A stretch of DNA of 64,000 bases from positions 1-64,000 of the forward strand of contig JAYWIR010000050.1 in the NCBI GenBank assembly GCA_036172245.1, read 5' to 3'. Shown in pieces: positions 11,240 through 24,500 of this stretch; positions within the stretch are counted from its first letter, which is position 1, and each line of letters starts with the position of its first letter. This stretch comes from Raillietiella orientalis (taxonomy: Eukaryota). Made by a program: the position numbers and the translations under genes. The notes beneath the pieces are model-generated. The model did no database searches, was not told where the DNA came from, and worked only from the letters and a program-made list of their open reading frames with translations.

Positions 11240-14200
11240 CCCAGGTCGAAGAACTCCTCGACCGCCGATGCCGGGGTGGACGTAGGAAGCAGCAGCAGTA
11301 GGTCGTCCGCATATGCTGACACCGCGGGCGTACCGGGATAGTCGCGCGGCAGGTGCGCCAAAGTTCCCCTGTACGCTCTCAGTACCAACTCGAAGTAGGT
11401 ATTGAAGAGCAAGGGATTCAGGCTGTCTCCCTGCCGGATCCCACGCCGCACCGGCACGCCGTGCACGGTCTGCCCGTTGGAAGAAACGTTGATGAGCGCG
11501 TCGCGCCAGCAGGAGCGCAGATAGGCCACTAATGAGGACGGGAAGCCCAAGCGTTCCAGAATCCCCAGAATGAGATTCTGGTAGACGCAATCGAATGCTT
11601 TGCGCAGTCGATAACGACCGCAAGGGCTCTCTCCTTCATCCGACCATCCAACCCCTTCCCGGCTCATACACCGGAATTCCCGCTGCGCACCAAGCTCCTT
11701 TAATGATGGAGTTCTAGCTAGGTGGAAGCGTGGAACAGGTTCAACTCCATGCTTCGCCCAGGAACAGCATATGTCTGTTCCGGGCTCATGAAGATGTTGG
11801 CAACCCGTCCCAACCTCTCTGCCCAAACCTTAGCTAGCAACTTGGCGTCCTCATTCACTATTGTGATAGGACGCCAGTTGTGCATGCTCTTCAGATCTCT
11901 TCCCTTAGGGAGCAACCGCACCTTTGCCGAAAGAAACTAGGCGGAAACGTCAACTGTCTCGCGTATCAGCAAGGTGAGTTGCTGTACCAGGTGGTAAGCT
12001 CAGCCGCGAAAGTTCTGCAAAACTTCGCGGGCAGGCCGTCCTCCCCTAAGGCCTTGCGACACTTGAGCTTTCCGATGGCCGAGACGATCTCGTTCATCGT
12101 GAATGGCTCGTCGAGGGTCTTTCTCTCCTCCTCCCCGATCGCTGGAGCGCCTTCCGGAAGCAAGAGTCGTGAGACGTTGCTCTCCGGAGGTGCCCTGGCA
12201 TACATGGAGGAGTAGTAACTCCGCAGCAGGCCGCGCATTTGGGCGGGTGTCGAGTGCTTCTGGCCCTGATCGTCCAGCAAATTGGCCGATCCGGACTGCC
12301 AAGCTTGCCTCTCTGCTCCCGCTTTGTATTTCGCCAGCCTGCGGATGTCGCGGGTCCTGACGCAACGATGGGCCTGCAGGTAGGCACGTTCGTTACGGAC
12401 TTCAATCCCAAAACCCGTAGGTAGGCGGTGCAGATGGAACTGGTCGCAGAACTCCTGGACCGACCGCTTGAAGCGATCCCAATCCTGGAGTGTCCGCAGC
12501 CTGAAGCTCCGTATGAACGTGCGGAGATGTTCCGCCGCGTCCGGGAGCTTCAGCCAGTCCCCTGGGAGACGCCACGCTGACGAGGGGGGGCCCTGTCGCG
12601 CGGATGGATCTCGAGGACTAGCGGGCGATGGTCGGACAGCCCGCACGGTAACATGCCGCTCCTGCCCACGCGAGGGCACAGGTGCTCGTCAAGAAACACG
12701 TGGTCAATGCTTTCTTCCATCCCCGGTGCCTTGGCCAACAAATTACAGGTGTGCACCACCATGTACACCTCGTTGACCAGGTCACGCTTGGGATTCTGCC
12801 CATCTGGTTTCAGGCAAACGTTGAATTCGCCTGCAAGCAGATGGGCATTCCGCACGCCTGCTTCGGTCAGCCAGTCTCGCCGGAGGGAAAGGAAAAACTC
12901 TTTCCTCGCCCTCCAGGTCATCAGGTCCGAGCCGCTCGGTGCGCACACTTTCGTGACGATCAGATCGATCGAGTCGGACCACCTGAGAGTCAGCTGGCCG
13001 ACACGACCTTGATTTTCGAACCGCGTCCCCCGAGCCGCGGCCTCGACAGCCTCCCGAAGCAGGTAGGCGACAGCGCAACTTTTCGCTCTCCCACACCTGT
13101 ACCATAGCCGCTCTCCGGAGATCCGTTCGATCTGCTGCGCTTGTTCTGCGAAGATTACGTGGATCTCCTACAGCAGCGCAAGGTCGTAGCACTTCAGAAG
13201 TGCGGCCATGTCTCGTCTCTTGCCGGCGTCTGTCATGCCGTTCACGTTCCAACGGCGATGCGTAAACGTCGGCGGAAGGAGATTTCCGGGAATACTGCTG
13301 GGAAGATCAAGGTGTAGGGAAGCCCGCTTCTTGCGAGGCGGGCGGGATATCCACGGGGATTTTGACCTTCTAACGCACCTGACGCACCTGTTCGGCCTCC
13401 ACCCCCTCCATCCTCTTTGTGTCCGCTCGTGGGAGTCTCCCGAGCGACGGGTCCCGAGAGTTTCTTACGCTCATGGTACCCTCGCTTGCGGAAGCCCTCT
13501 CTTCCCCTTCGACGGGGGAGACGAGCTTCCTTCGCTTTGTGGACTTACGTCCTGCCTTCTTGCGCGGTGCCGTGGAAACGGAGGCTGCGCTTCCGGCATC
13601 CACCTCGGGGTCGAATGTGGGTGATTCCTGTGCGGAGGCAGGACGCCTTACGGAGTTCTTGCTAGACTTGTAGGGTTCTGGCTGCAACGAAACAGCCAGT
13701 TTCTCCGCGGCTCTCGCGAAGTCTACGTCATCGATGGTGGTGTCGATGACGTACGCCTCAGCCGGCTCGCTTCCCTCGCTGTTGACAGAGTCAACAGAGG
13801 ATCTGTCGTCGGTAGCGGCGAGTTCTTTCTGGCAGCGTTCGGCAACATCGAGAACGCGTTCGAGGACGACGCTGCACTCTTTAATTATCGCGTTACCCTG
13901 CTCTTTCTTCTTCTGTTGGTAGGCGATTTTGTTTTCTATCCTTCTCTTCTTCTTTGATTTTTTGGCCGTAGCCACCTGCCACCCAGGCTCCTGGCTAGCT
14001 CTTTCGACTTGTTCGGCGTTGTTCGCCGGGGTCTCGGGTGCGGCCTGGGCCTTAAGCGCGGGTGGCACAGCCTTCGCGGCATCTTTCGCCGCCAGCCTTT
14101 TCTGCAGTAGCCGGGCGCGTTTTTTAAGGTTTCTCTTGGAAACCATCCGCACTGCTTCTTTTGGGCACACCTCCCTCGTGTGACCCATTGTGCCGCATAC

Positions 14201-15019
14201 TTGGCACTGCACATTGGGACACCTCTTTTTGAGGTGGCCCGACGTATTGCAGAAGCCACAGTATTTCGGCTTCGCCACATACCAGAGGTCGACGGTTTCG
14301 CCTTCGACCACCAGATTGTGGTTAAGAGTGCAGCCCTCCCGAACGGGCACGCGCGCAGCCGTGAGGCCGTGTTGCAGCCCCGTGTAGTCCTCGTAGGGAT
14401 TAACTTTCTCCCACTGCGCGTGAACCGTTCCGTATTCCTCCAACGCGGCGAGAACCGGTTCCTTGCGCATCCGCGCGTTAACACCTAACAGGTGGACCAC
14501 CATGCTGCGGTCCGCCTTAATAGGGAGGAGCCTGCGCGTCCTAATCACCACGGAGGTTTTAAGCAGTCGTTGGGCCAGCTCTGCTTGTTTCCAGATGACC
14601 TCAACGTACTGACCCCCGCTGCGGATGGTCATAGCGCTGAGCTCCTCCTCTTTCACATCGAGAGCGCTCATGCCCTTCGAGAAGTCGCGCGCGCACTCTT
14701 AAGAATATAAATTGCCTACCTTGTAGAACAATGAGAGGTTGTACCCCTGCTCTACATAGCCCGACAATTCCGCCGCCGCTGTAAGCGATAGGGCCGACAC
14801 AACGGCGCTTCACGCCCGCGCTGCAGCGGGGACCGATTCTGTGGGGGCGGATGCCCCCATCTCCATCGCCTCTGGGGGCGGCGTTTCCGTTGCCCCCTGG
14901 CCATCCCTGGTGGTCGCGTCAGGCATCGCTGCTGATCGATCACCGAACCACACGTGGCTTGCACTGGGGGAGACTTCCTGGTACGAGGAGCACCGAGAGA
15001 ACACGTCCACCCTGGAGCA
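11240..15019 (-). mobile_element. Family A copy: 5'UTR, ORF1, EN, and RT through YADD; 3'-truncated and decayed
   Basis: ORF1 13370-14671 with CCHC knuckles; EN 12550-13270; RT motifs LRKAFDCV, RQGDSLNPLLF, YADDLLL. Confidence 0.9.
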
Positions 15020-17100
15020 CGCAAGGCGGTCCACTGCGTAAATGAGGATCTCCTGCTGGAGCTGCTGGAACGCCCCGGTCTCTCGGCGCACCTCGTGGCG
15101 TATTTGCGCGCTTGCTGGCGCCACGCGCTTATTTCCATCTCTTTCAGCGGCTACCACGTGTACGGCGTGCCGGAGCGGCAAGGCATCAGGCAGGGCGACA
15201 GTTTAAGCCCGTTGCTTTTCAGGATCTTATTTGAGTTGGTGCTGAGGGCGTACAGGCTGACGCTGGCCAACCTGTCGAGCCTTTGTCCTGGAACGCCCTC
15301 CGTGGTGGCCTATGCTGACGACCTGCTTCTCCTCTTACCCTTGACCACCGCGGCGTCCAGTCTCCAGGATTTTTTCGAGCTGATCAGCCGGGGAGCCGGC
15401 ATGAGCGTAAACAGGTTCAAGAGCGTGGTCGTACCTATTGCTGCGGCGTGAAAGGGGCAGTCCGACTGGATCCGCCTGGGGATCCCGGCCGCTTCGTCCA
15501 CTTAATATCTGGGCGTTCCGCTAGAGAACATCAGCCCAGTGGAAGTGTGGTCGGACTGCCTTCAGAAGGCTACGAGTGCGCTGAGCCCGTTCCAGCATGG
15601 CAGATTCCTCCTGTTGGAGCGGGCCGCGATATGGAACACCTTCGTAGCGCCCCTCTTGCACCACCTGTTTTATGTTTGCCCGCCTTCCTACTCGGCGAAG
15701 CTCCAAGCGCACATCCTGTTGAGGAACGCTCTGTGGGGTCCTGCAAGGTCTAAGATCCGCCTGAAAGACTTGGCCACTCCGCGTCGGGATGCTGGATTAG
15801 TCATCCTGACGCTGGAGAGAATCGAGCTGCAGCTGTAGCTTCGAATGTTGGCCCTGTGCGCCAACCTTTGGTCCACTCCGTGGTGCGCTCCTGCGCGCCT
15901 GCTCCCGCGCCGCTGCACAGGCAGCGATGGACTTCTGTCGCTGCGTCCGCACACGGAGCACCCCACGACAAGTTTCGGTTTCCCGTTGAAACCCCTCTAC
16001 CGGCACCTGGCAGCCCAGGAATGGATCCTCTGCCGCCCAACGAACTTTCAAGCCTGGCGGCAGGAACCGTTGTATGGCTGGGCAAAGCACCAGGATGTTT
16101 CTTTCCTGGAACTCCGTTGCGTTCACCTCTCCCCGTACTGCACGGTGGATGAGGTCTGCAGCAGCCAGGAGAAGTGGACCGGCCTGTCCCTCAGCCCCCT
16201 TGCCGACGCACTGTCAGCCCTCAGGGCAAGAGATGACAGCTGCGAACCGGCGAGATGGGAGGTCGCCTGCACCATTGCAGGAACAACACGACCTATTGCC
16301 GGCTGGAGGACTCGCGAGCTGGCAGACGCCGCCACGCCTCGTCACATCTCGAAGGGACTCCTTCGATGGAGCGAACACTTGCGTGTGCCCTTCGAAGAAC
16401 TTGTGGTCCTTCCCTCCTGTTTGAACACTTCTGTGTTCTCCCTTTCGTGAAAGCAGGACGTCATCATGCTGGTGCATTGGGGTTTTCACTCCAACCAGCG
16501 GAAGAACCGTGTTTCCTGGGTAGTCGTCTAACCAAACTGTAAGCGGTGCGGGGAAGTGGAAACGCTCCCGCACCTGCTTTTGGACTGCGGTGCCCTCCAA
16601 AGACTTTGGCGGAGGCTGGCCTCAGCTCTCCTGCACCAGGGGGACGCCGCGAGGGAATTGATGCGCCGCTTCTTCACGCCAGTCTTTGGGTGCTGTCGTT
16701 GCAACCGTGTGTTGCATTCGCGCCATCATCAAGGCCCATTGAGAGTTGGAGAGGCTGGCCATCGTTCGTCATCCCACCGGATTAGCCAGCGCAAGCATGT
16801 CGTCGGCTGCCGAGTGGGCACATCTTCCACAGGACGTAAGGAGAGAGAACGCCGGCATCCATCACCGGTTTTGAAAGGAAGGAACGGACTCACCAAAGAC
16901 TCCTATCATCTGCCCTCCATATTTTTATTTTTATTTTTTATAGTAGTGTATTTGTGGTCCCATCCCTACTGTTCCGGACTTTCAGCATATCGACCTGCCT
17001 GTCGGGAATCCCACTTCCTTCGTATCTCGTTTTCCCCTTTGTCCGGGAACTCTGTTCCCGGATAGTTTGTAATAAACGCTTCGGCGCACCCGGGTGACAA
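15020..17100 (+). mobile_element. Family E 3' half (RT from RKA to 3' terminus)
   Basis: RQGDSLSPLLF, YADDLLL, RRDAGLVILTLERI, ETLPHLLLDC; AATAAA and terminal motif at 17071-17096. Confidence 0.9.
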
Positions 17101-19110
17101 ACAACCGACCCCCCGCGATCGTCTTGATCTCCTGTGCGTCTGCCGCGGTGATCACGTGGATCTCCTGCAGCAGGGCCAGGTCAAGCTTACGCAGGGTGTC
17201 GGCCGTATCTCGCCTGTTACCGTCGTCGCGCATCCCGTTGTCGTTCCAACAGGCGGCGCGAATCCGACGGCGACTGGCGAGCACCGGTGTTACTCCTGGA
17301 AAGATGGCGATGCGGCGTCCGCCACCTAATGGTGCGGGAAGCTAGGTGGAGGAGGAGGGTCAGGCGTTGCGTGCACCTGGTCTTCCTCCTCCATGGATAA
17401 CGGCCCCTCGAGCGGGTAAACCTCAGGTGGGTTCGCGCCTACCTATTGGCCCTCCTCCATGGAGGCGGGCTGTTCAGGCTCCGCGACTGCAGGGAGGACT
17501 TCGCTTTCCTGCTCACCCTTTTCCAGCGGGGTGGCCGACTCGACGGCTTTCGAGCGTGGGAGTTCCCCTTCCTGGATTCCCACGCTTCCGCTACCTTCCT
17601 GCTTCTACTCGCTGGTGGAGGGAAGGCGCCTCCTGGGCTTCTGAGACTTGCGTTTCGACTTCCTGCGGGGTGCCTCCGAGGAGGAGGATGTACTTCCGTC
17701 CCCCAGGTCCAACTCACCTTTAGGAACCGATTTTGCGGAAGACGGCCTTCGCACGGCCTTGCGCGAGTGGTTCTCACGCTCGGCCGGCGTGGCCGCGAGC
17801 TCCTCCGCCGCCGGCGCGAACGCGGCGTCCTCGACTTCGACCGTCGCTATTTCGCGCGGCTCACCCTCTGTTTAAACAGAGGGTTCGCCGTCGCGAACCT
17901 CGGGCGCGGCGGAAACGGCGAGAGGAGGCTCGTCGTCCCGGGTGGCAGTCTCGGAAACGGCTATGCGTTCCAGTGCCATTGTACATTCCCGCATGGTTTT
18001 GGAGAGCGGCCCAGGTTTTTCCGCCTTGCCGACTGTCTTTTTGACCGCTTTCGCGTGTTCCGCTGGGGACACCTTTTTCTCCTTCCTGGCCTTAACTAGC
18101 TGCCAGCCGTCCTGGACTCCCGCGTCTTCGGAAGGTTTTTCTTCCGACGCCTGTGTCTGAGGAACGGGGGCTAGCGGCTGCTGCCAGCCAGTATCTCCCT
18201 TTGGTGTTTCGACCAATTTTCCGCGTTTTGCCTGCGCTTTTTTTGCGGCAGGTGGCACCGGAGTGGGGCGTTTAGGGCATACGCGGCGCACGTGGCCCTT
18301 CTCCCCGCATAAGTGGCACACAATGTTCGGGCACCGCTTGCAAAAGTGTCCTACTGCATTGCAGTAGCCACAAATGCGGGGTTTCCCCACGTACCAAAAG
18401 TCTACGACTTCGTCATTGACCTCTAGTTTGTGGAAAATCCCACTATCCTTCTTCACCGTCACACGCGCGGCGGCCTGCCCTCCGAAAAGGCTACCGTAGC
18501 CATAAAAGATTGTGGCCTTTGGCCATAACGCGTGAACTTCTCCGTATTTTTTCAGCTTATCATCAAACGCAGATCGCGTCATGCGGCTGGTGATCCCTGT
18601 CAGATGTACCACTACGGAGCGGTCCATCGTGACTGGCAGGATCTTGCGTCCGCCCACGTTCAGCGGGGTAGTAATCAAGCTTTGCGCCAAGGTGATGTCC
18701 TTGCAGACAACCTCGACGCGCTGACCCCCGCTGAGCACGGATAGACCGTCAAGATCCTTCTCTAATACGTTGGCGTTCTGCAGCGCCTTCGAAAAAGCGC
18801 GTGCAGTTCGCCCGTCGAAGAGATTGTCTACCTGGTATGCCAGAATGGGCTTGTACCCAGCTGCCCGGTAGGCTGTTATCTCGGCCATGGTTTCTGCGCT
18901 CGGCGCGGCCACCATGGCGCTCCAGCTCCTTGCCTTGAGCGGCGAGAACGATTTCGGGGCGGACGACCCTGTTTCTGTAGGCTCTGGGGATGGGCAAGCC
19001 TCCCTCACACCTACCTACATCGTGGTGTCGTCAGGCATCGCTGCCATCGGACACCAACGATGTTCCACACAAAAAAACACACAGAAAAAACCGCTTCCTG
19101 TTGACTCACT
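17101..19110 (-). mobile_element. Family G 5' part: ORF1 (two CCHC knuckles) and start of EN
   Basis: ATG at 19038 in the same GGCAGCGATGCCTGACG context as family A. CGYCNAVGHFCKRC and CHLCGEKGHVRRVC. EN start RIRAACWNDNG...LQEIH. Confidence 0.88.
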
Positions 19111-19129
19111 TGGGATCTAAGTAAAAACA

Positions 19130-20555
19130 CGTCCTTCCGTAACGAAAGAGCGTAGTTGTATGCCCGTCGTTACGCGAGGAACCCCAATGTCCGTCGCCTG
19201 ACAGAGTACCGAGCCTTGGCCGAACATCAAGCCTGGCAATCCGTGTCGGCCAGCTTGCTTGACAGCCAGGGCCGGAAGCACTCGGCTCCCGCTAGGATAC
19301 TCAGCTGCGATGGCGAATCCTCGCCATCTCAGCGAAGTTATGGAGCACCCCTTGGTGCGTTGCGGCCCGACTACTTGCCAGCCGTGTATCCTGGACGGAG
19401 GGTCTCGCGTCCTATCTTCTGTGCCGTGGCTCGAACATCAAGAGATGCGGACATCTTTTGGGACGCATGGCAACTCTGGCTAAGGAAAACGGCTGGATGG
19501 TACGCAGCCCCGCCAACTCCTCCGCATGGCTGGAGGAGACAGCTGGCACGTGGGCGAAGACTAATGAAAGAAATGAAGAAATGTGGAACTGCCTGCGACG
19601 CGGCGCCGATTCCCACTGCACTCTGCGGAAGATACTCCAGTGTCCCGCGAGAAGCACGTGAGCAGAGACAACCCCTCTTGCTACGGCGATGCCCTTCCTG
19701 ATGAGGGCGCTCTCCAGCAGCCGCAAGCCTAGGTGGCAAGTCTCCTGTTGCATCGCAGGCAAAGAGAAGTTGATAAGCGGCTGGTCCACGAAGGAACTGG
19801 CGGAATCCACTACCCCTAGTTTCCAGCCGAGAGGACTTCAGAGATGGGGCGAGCTACTCGGCATCCAGCTGGCTGACCTGAAGTGGCCTCCGGTATTAAT
19901 TGGTTCTAGGATCCTCCCCCTGAAATGGCAGGAGTAGGCGTTTCTGTTGTTGCATTGGGATCTACCCTGCTACGCACGCATCCACTACTGGACCAGGGGT
20001 CGAATAGATCCTACCTGCATCAGGTGTAGGGAACGGGAAACCCTTCTACACCTTGTTGATTGTGCTGCCCTCCGACCCCTGTGGGAACGTCTTCGTACCT
20101 CCCTATGGATCCAGGAGGGCATCCAGCCCAGAGACGTTTTTCGACTTCTGTTCGTGCAGGATGATATGCATCCCGCCGCTGCCCTGGCTGCACTTTGCTG
20201 CGTATGCGGGATTGTGACGTGCGGGAGCGACGTCAGACCGAGCACGACTAGGATGCCGTCGTACTTGCAGTCCGCTACCTGAGGATTGCGACCAGATGGC
20301 CCCACCTGGGAACCATACGGACGGACCTCGAGGGCATCCTGCAAAGAATGGACCCTCCTCCCAGTGTTCAGTGATCACTCCCCAACTCTCCCAAATCTTT
20401 TTGTTTTTCCCCCCACCCCCTTCCTCTGCCGAGAAGAGTCGTGCCGGTCTTCGTACCGGCGACCCGGCAGGTCCAGTTGAGTTGGCCGTAGTGGAGCCTC
20501 GTACCACGAATCATAGAGAATTTGTAATAAACGCCCCTGCGTGACCGGGTGGCAA
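19130..20555 (+). mobile_element. Short linker fragment plus a 3' part (ORF2 C-terminus and 3'UTR) of the same family as 1877-3966
   Basis: 19310-20555 is the reverse-complement homologue of ~1877-3150, including the 3'UTR hairpins. Confidence 0.88.
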
Positions 20556-21548
20556 CCAGCATCTTGGCGTCCTCATTCACTACTGTGATGGGACGCCAGT
20601 TGTTCATGCTCCTCAGATCTCCTCCCTTAGGGAAAGGCCGCACCTTTGCCGACAGAAACGAGGCGAAAACGTCAACTCTCTCGCTTATCAGCAAGGTGAG
20701 TTGCTGTACCAGGTGGTAAGCTCAGCCGCGAAAGTTATGTAAAACTTCGCGGGCAGGCCGTCCTCCCCTGGAGCCTTGCGACTCTTGAGCTTTCCGATGG
20801 CCGAGAGGATCTCGTTCATCGTGAAAGGCTCGTCGAGGGTCTTTCCTTCCTCCTTTCCGTTTGCTGGAGTGCCTTCCGAAAGCAGGAGTCGTGAGACGTT
20901 CCTCTCCGGAGGTGCAGTGGCATACAGGGAGGAGTAGTAACTCTGCAGCAGGCCGCGGATTTGGGCGGTTGCCGAGTGCTCCTGGCCCTGATCGTCCAGC
21001 AAGCTGGCCGATCCGGACTGCCAGGCTTGCCTCTCGGCTCCCGCTTTGAATTCTGCCAGCCTGCGGATGTCGCAGATCCTGGCGTAACGACGGGCCTGCA
21101 GATAGGCTCTTTCGTTACGGATCCCGGTCTTAAAACCCGTAGGTAGGCGGTGCATAGGGAACTGGTCGCAGAACTCCTGGACCGACCGCTTGAAGCGGTC
21201 CCAATCCTGGAGTGTCCGCAGCCTAAAGCTCCGTATGAGCGTGCGGAGATGTTCTGCCGCGTCTAAGTGCTTCATTAAGTCCCCTGAGAGACGCCACGCT
21301 GACGAGGGGGGCACTTGTCGCGCGGATCGATGTCGAGGACTATCGGGCGATGGTCGGAGAGCTCGCACGGTAACTTGCCGCGTCTGCCCACGCGAGGGCA
21401 CAGGTGATCGTCAAGAAACACGTGGTTGATGCTGTCTTCCATTCCCGGTGCACTGACCAACAAATTTCAGCTTTGCACCCTCATGCACACCTAGTTGACC
21501 AGGTCACGCTCGGGATTCTGCCCATCTGGTTTCAGGCGAACGTTGAAA
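20556..21548 (-). mobile_element. Family A internal fragment (end of EN to RT motif 2)
   Basis: INHVF..SDH, KAPGEDGLP, NWRPITVVNEDAKML. Confidence 0.88.
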
Positions 21549-24500
21549 TTTTTCACCCGGTCACTTTGGGACGTCTATTGACATAAACGAGCTGGAAACA
21601 ATTGTTTCGAGCTCTCAACTCTGAAAACATGCATCGGAGATTCACCCCTGGCACGCAGGCCAGGAAAACGGAAGAACATGGACGACTGAGGGGAGTCCAA
21701 AAAAAAAAAATTTGTGAATGGGAGGAGTGTTCCAGGGAACTTTGGTGTTGCTCCGCACTCACCGGGAAACTCAAAAGTTCTAGCACCAAAAGGACTGCGG
21801 AGCGTATCGGGCAAAGGACGCGAGAACAAAAAAACCAGTCGAAAATAAAATGAGGGCGGATCATTGATTTCGTCGTTCTAAGCCGTTGCTGATCCGGCGG
21901 TGGATAACGGTTAGCTCCTCCGTTGTGTCCTCGTATAAGTGTCGCCACCCAGTTGCCGACCTTATGAAGTCAGCTGCCTTCTTGGTGACACAACATTGCT
22001 GTCCAGTATTCTCCAGCACGTCTCGGACCGTGACGATGGCGCGGATGCAACCAACAGTGGAAATCGTCGCAGCCATCGAAAGTCCTTGTGTCTGGAAGAA
22101 CCGTCGCAGCACTTCTCGAGCGGTGTCTCCTGGTGACGGAAGAGCTGCTGCTAGCCTCCTTTACAGTTCCTGGATGGCACCGCAGTCCATAATAAGGTGC
22201 GGTAACGACTCCGTCGCTCCGCACCGGGCACAGTAGGGAGAAGCCACGCAACCGGAAACTCGGTGGCGCCGCTGGTTGTAGCGCAATCCCCAGTGCAAAA
22301 AAAGCAAAACATCTTGCATTCATGCAAGGGGAAACACCGAACCGTCCAAACAGCAGAAATGGACTATCAGTTCCTCGGGGGCAACACCAAGAGCTTCTCC
22401 CCACCGAAGAAACCCCTTTGATGTAGCACGAGGAGTGGCGGCATCCGCAAGCTGGCTCGTGGTCCATTCGCCAACTGGTTTTTTTCTTCCTGCGATGGTG
22501 CAGGAGAACTCATACCTTGCCGGCTTGCTACTGTCATCTCGAGCCTTGAGAACAGACAGTGCTTCGAGAAGGGGGGTGGCGGCCAAGAAGGAAAGCTTCA
22601 CCTCGTCATGCATGACATCTTCGAGTGACCAAGGCTGGAATCGACGTACGGGGCGAAGATCTTCACGGCTCATTCCTAAGAATGCAGCCCACGAATCAAT
22701 TGATTCCTGCTTCCAAGCATTATAGTTCATTGGGCGGCAGGTAATCCACGTACTGGCTTTCAATAGGGTGGCGATTTTCCTCAAAGGATAGCGAAATCCT
22801 TGTTTCCTGTGGCGCAAGCCAGGCAACAAAGAAAGTAATCCTTCACTGCCTGCACACTCCCTTAGGAGAATGCGCGCAGGAGCACACAGAGGGAAAGTCC
22901 ATAGCTCGGCACAAAGTGCGAGCATCCGGAACTGCACTTGCAGTCCGATTCTCTCCATCGTCAGGATGACAAGCCCAGCATCCCGACGTGGAGCAGTGAG
23001 GTCTTTCAGGCGGATCCTGGATCGCGCCGGACCACAGAGAGCGTTCCTAAACAGGCGTTTTGCCCGCTCTTTGGCCGCATAGGGGGGGTCCAAGACAAAA
23101 AAGAGTGTTCCGAGGAGGGGGGCTACGAAGGTGTTCCAAATAGCCGCCCGTTTCGGCAAGCTGAACTTGCCTTTAATGAACGGTCTGGCGGCCAACTCGG
23201 CCTTATGAAGGCAGTCCGACCACGCCTCGGCAGCGCCGAGGTCGCCCAACGGAACCTTAAGGTACTTGAAGTACCCCGACGTGGGGATTCCTAGGCGGAT
23301 CCAGTCGGACTGCCCCTCCTACGACGCACCCACAGGAACGACCACGCTGTTCTCTCTGTTCACGCTCACGCCCGCTCCCCGACGAATCAGGTCGAAGAAA
23401 TCTTCGACACTGGACGCCGGGGTGGACATGGGGAGCAGAAGAAGCAGGTCATCTGCATAGGCAGCCACGGCAGGCGTTCCCGGGCAAGAGCTAGGCAGGA
23501 ATTCCAACGTCAGCGTGTACGCTCTCAGCACCAACTCAAAGAAGATGCTGAAGAGCAACGGGCTTAAACTGTCACCCTGCCTGATTCCCCTGCGCACGGG
23601 AATACCGTACACGTGGCAGCCGCTAAAAAAAATGCAAGTTAGCGCGTGGCGCCAGCATGCGCGCTAACACTTGAGTAGTTGAGCCGGGAGACCTAGGCGT
23701 TCCAAGAGCTCCAATAGGAGTGCTTGGTTCACGCAATCAAACGCCTTGTGGAGTTCGACTGTGACCGCCAAGGCACCCGGCGTACCCTCTTGCCGCTTCT
23801 GTCGATACCGTGTGCCTTGAGCAGTGGCATTTGTCACGGATCGACTTTGCTGCGCGACGCGCTCCGGCAGCTGCATCCAGGTGCGTGCAAACAGGAGGTT
23901 CGCGTCCATGGATCTCCCGGGAACAGCGTAAGTCTGCACCGGGCTCACCAAGGACGGCGCGATTCTCCGTAGGCGCGCAACCCACATCTTGGAGAACAAC
24001 TTGACGTCCGAGTTCACCAAAGTGACCGGACGTCAGTTGTTTAAATGGCGTGCGTCTCCACCTTTCGGAAGGAGACGCACCCTCGCTGAGCGGAAGGAGT
24101 TGGGGACATCCCCCGAAACCCTCATCAGCGACGAGAGGCGATGCAGCAGGGGGACGAGCTCCCCCGCGAAGCACTGATGAAACTCCGCAGGCAGCCCATC
24201 CTCGCCTGGCGCTTTTCGTCTCTTGAGCTTCGCTATTGCGGAGGAAATTTCCTCCTCCGTGAAGGACTCGTCAAGACGTGAGCGTTCCTCTTTGCTAACT
24301 ACAGCAGCAACCTGGAAAAGCAGTATCTCCGAAAAGATAATTTCCGTTGGTGCTTCCGCGTATAGCGAGGAGTAATAACTTTTTATTATGCGGCGAATAC
24401 CGGCTGGTGCCGAGCATTCCAGGCCTTTTTCATCGAGCAGGGAAGATGCTCCTGACTGCCAGTCCTGGCGCTTGGCTCTCGCCCTGTATTCCGCAAGTCG

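Noticed and set aside
20485..20512. HDV-like ribozyme suggested by the GTGG-AGCCTCGTA-CCAC hairpin resembling P3/L3
   Set aside because: I could not assemble P1, P1.1, P2 or a J4/2 catalytic C around it, and it lies in the 3'UTR.
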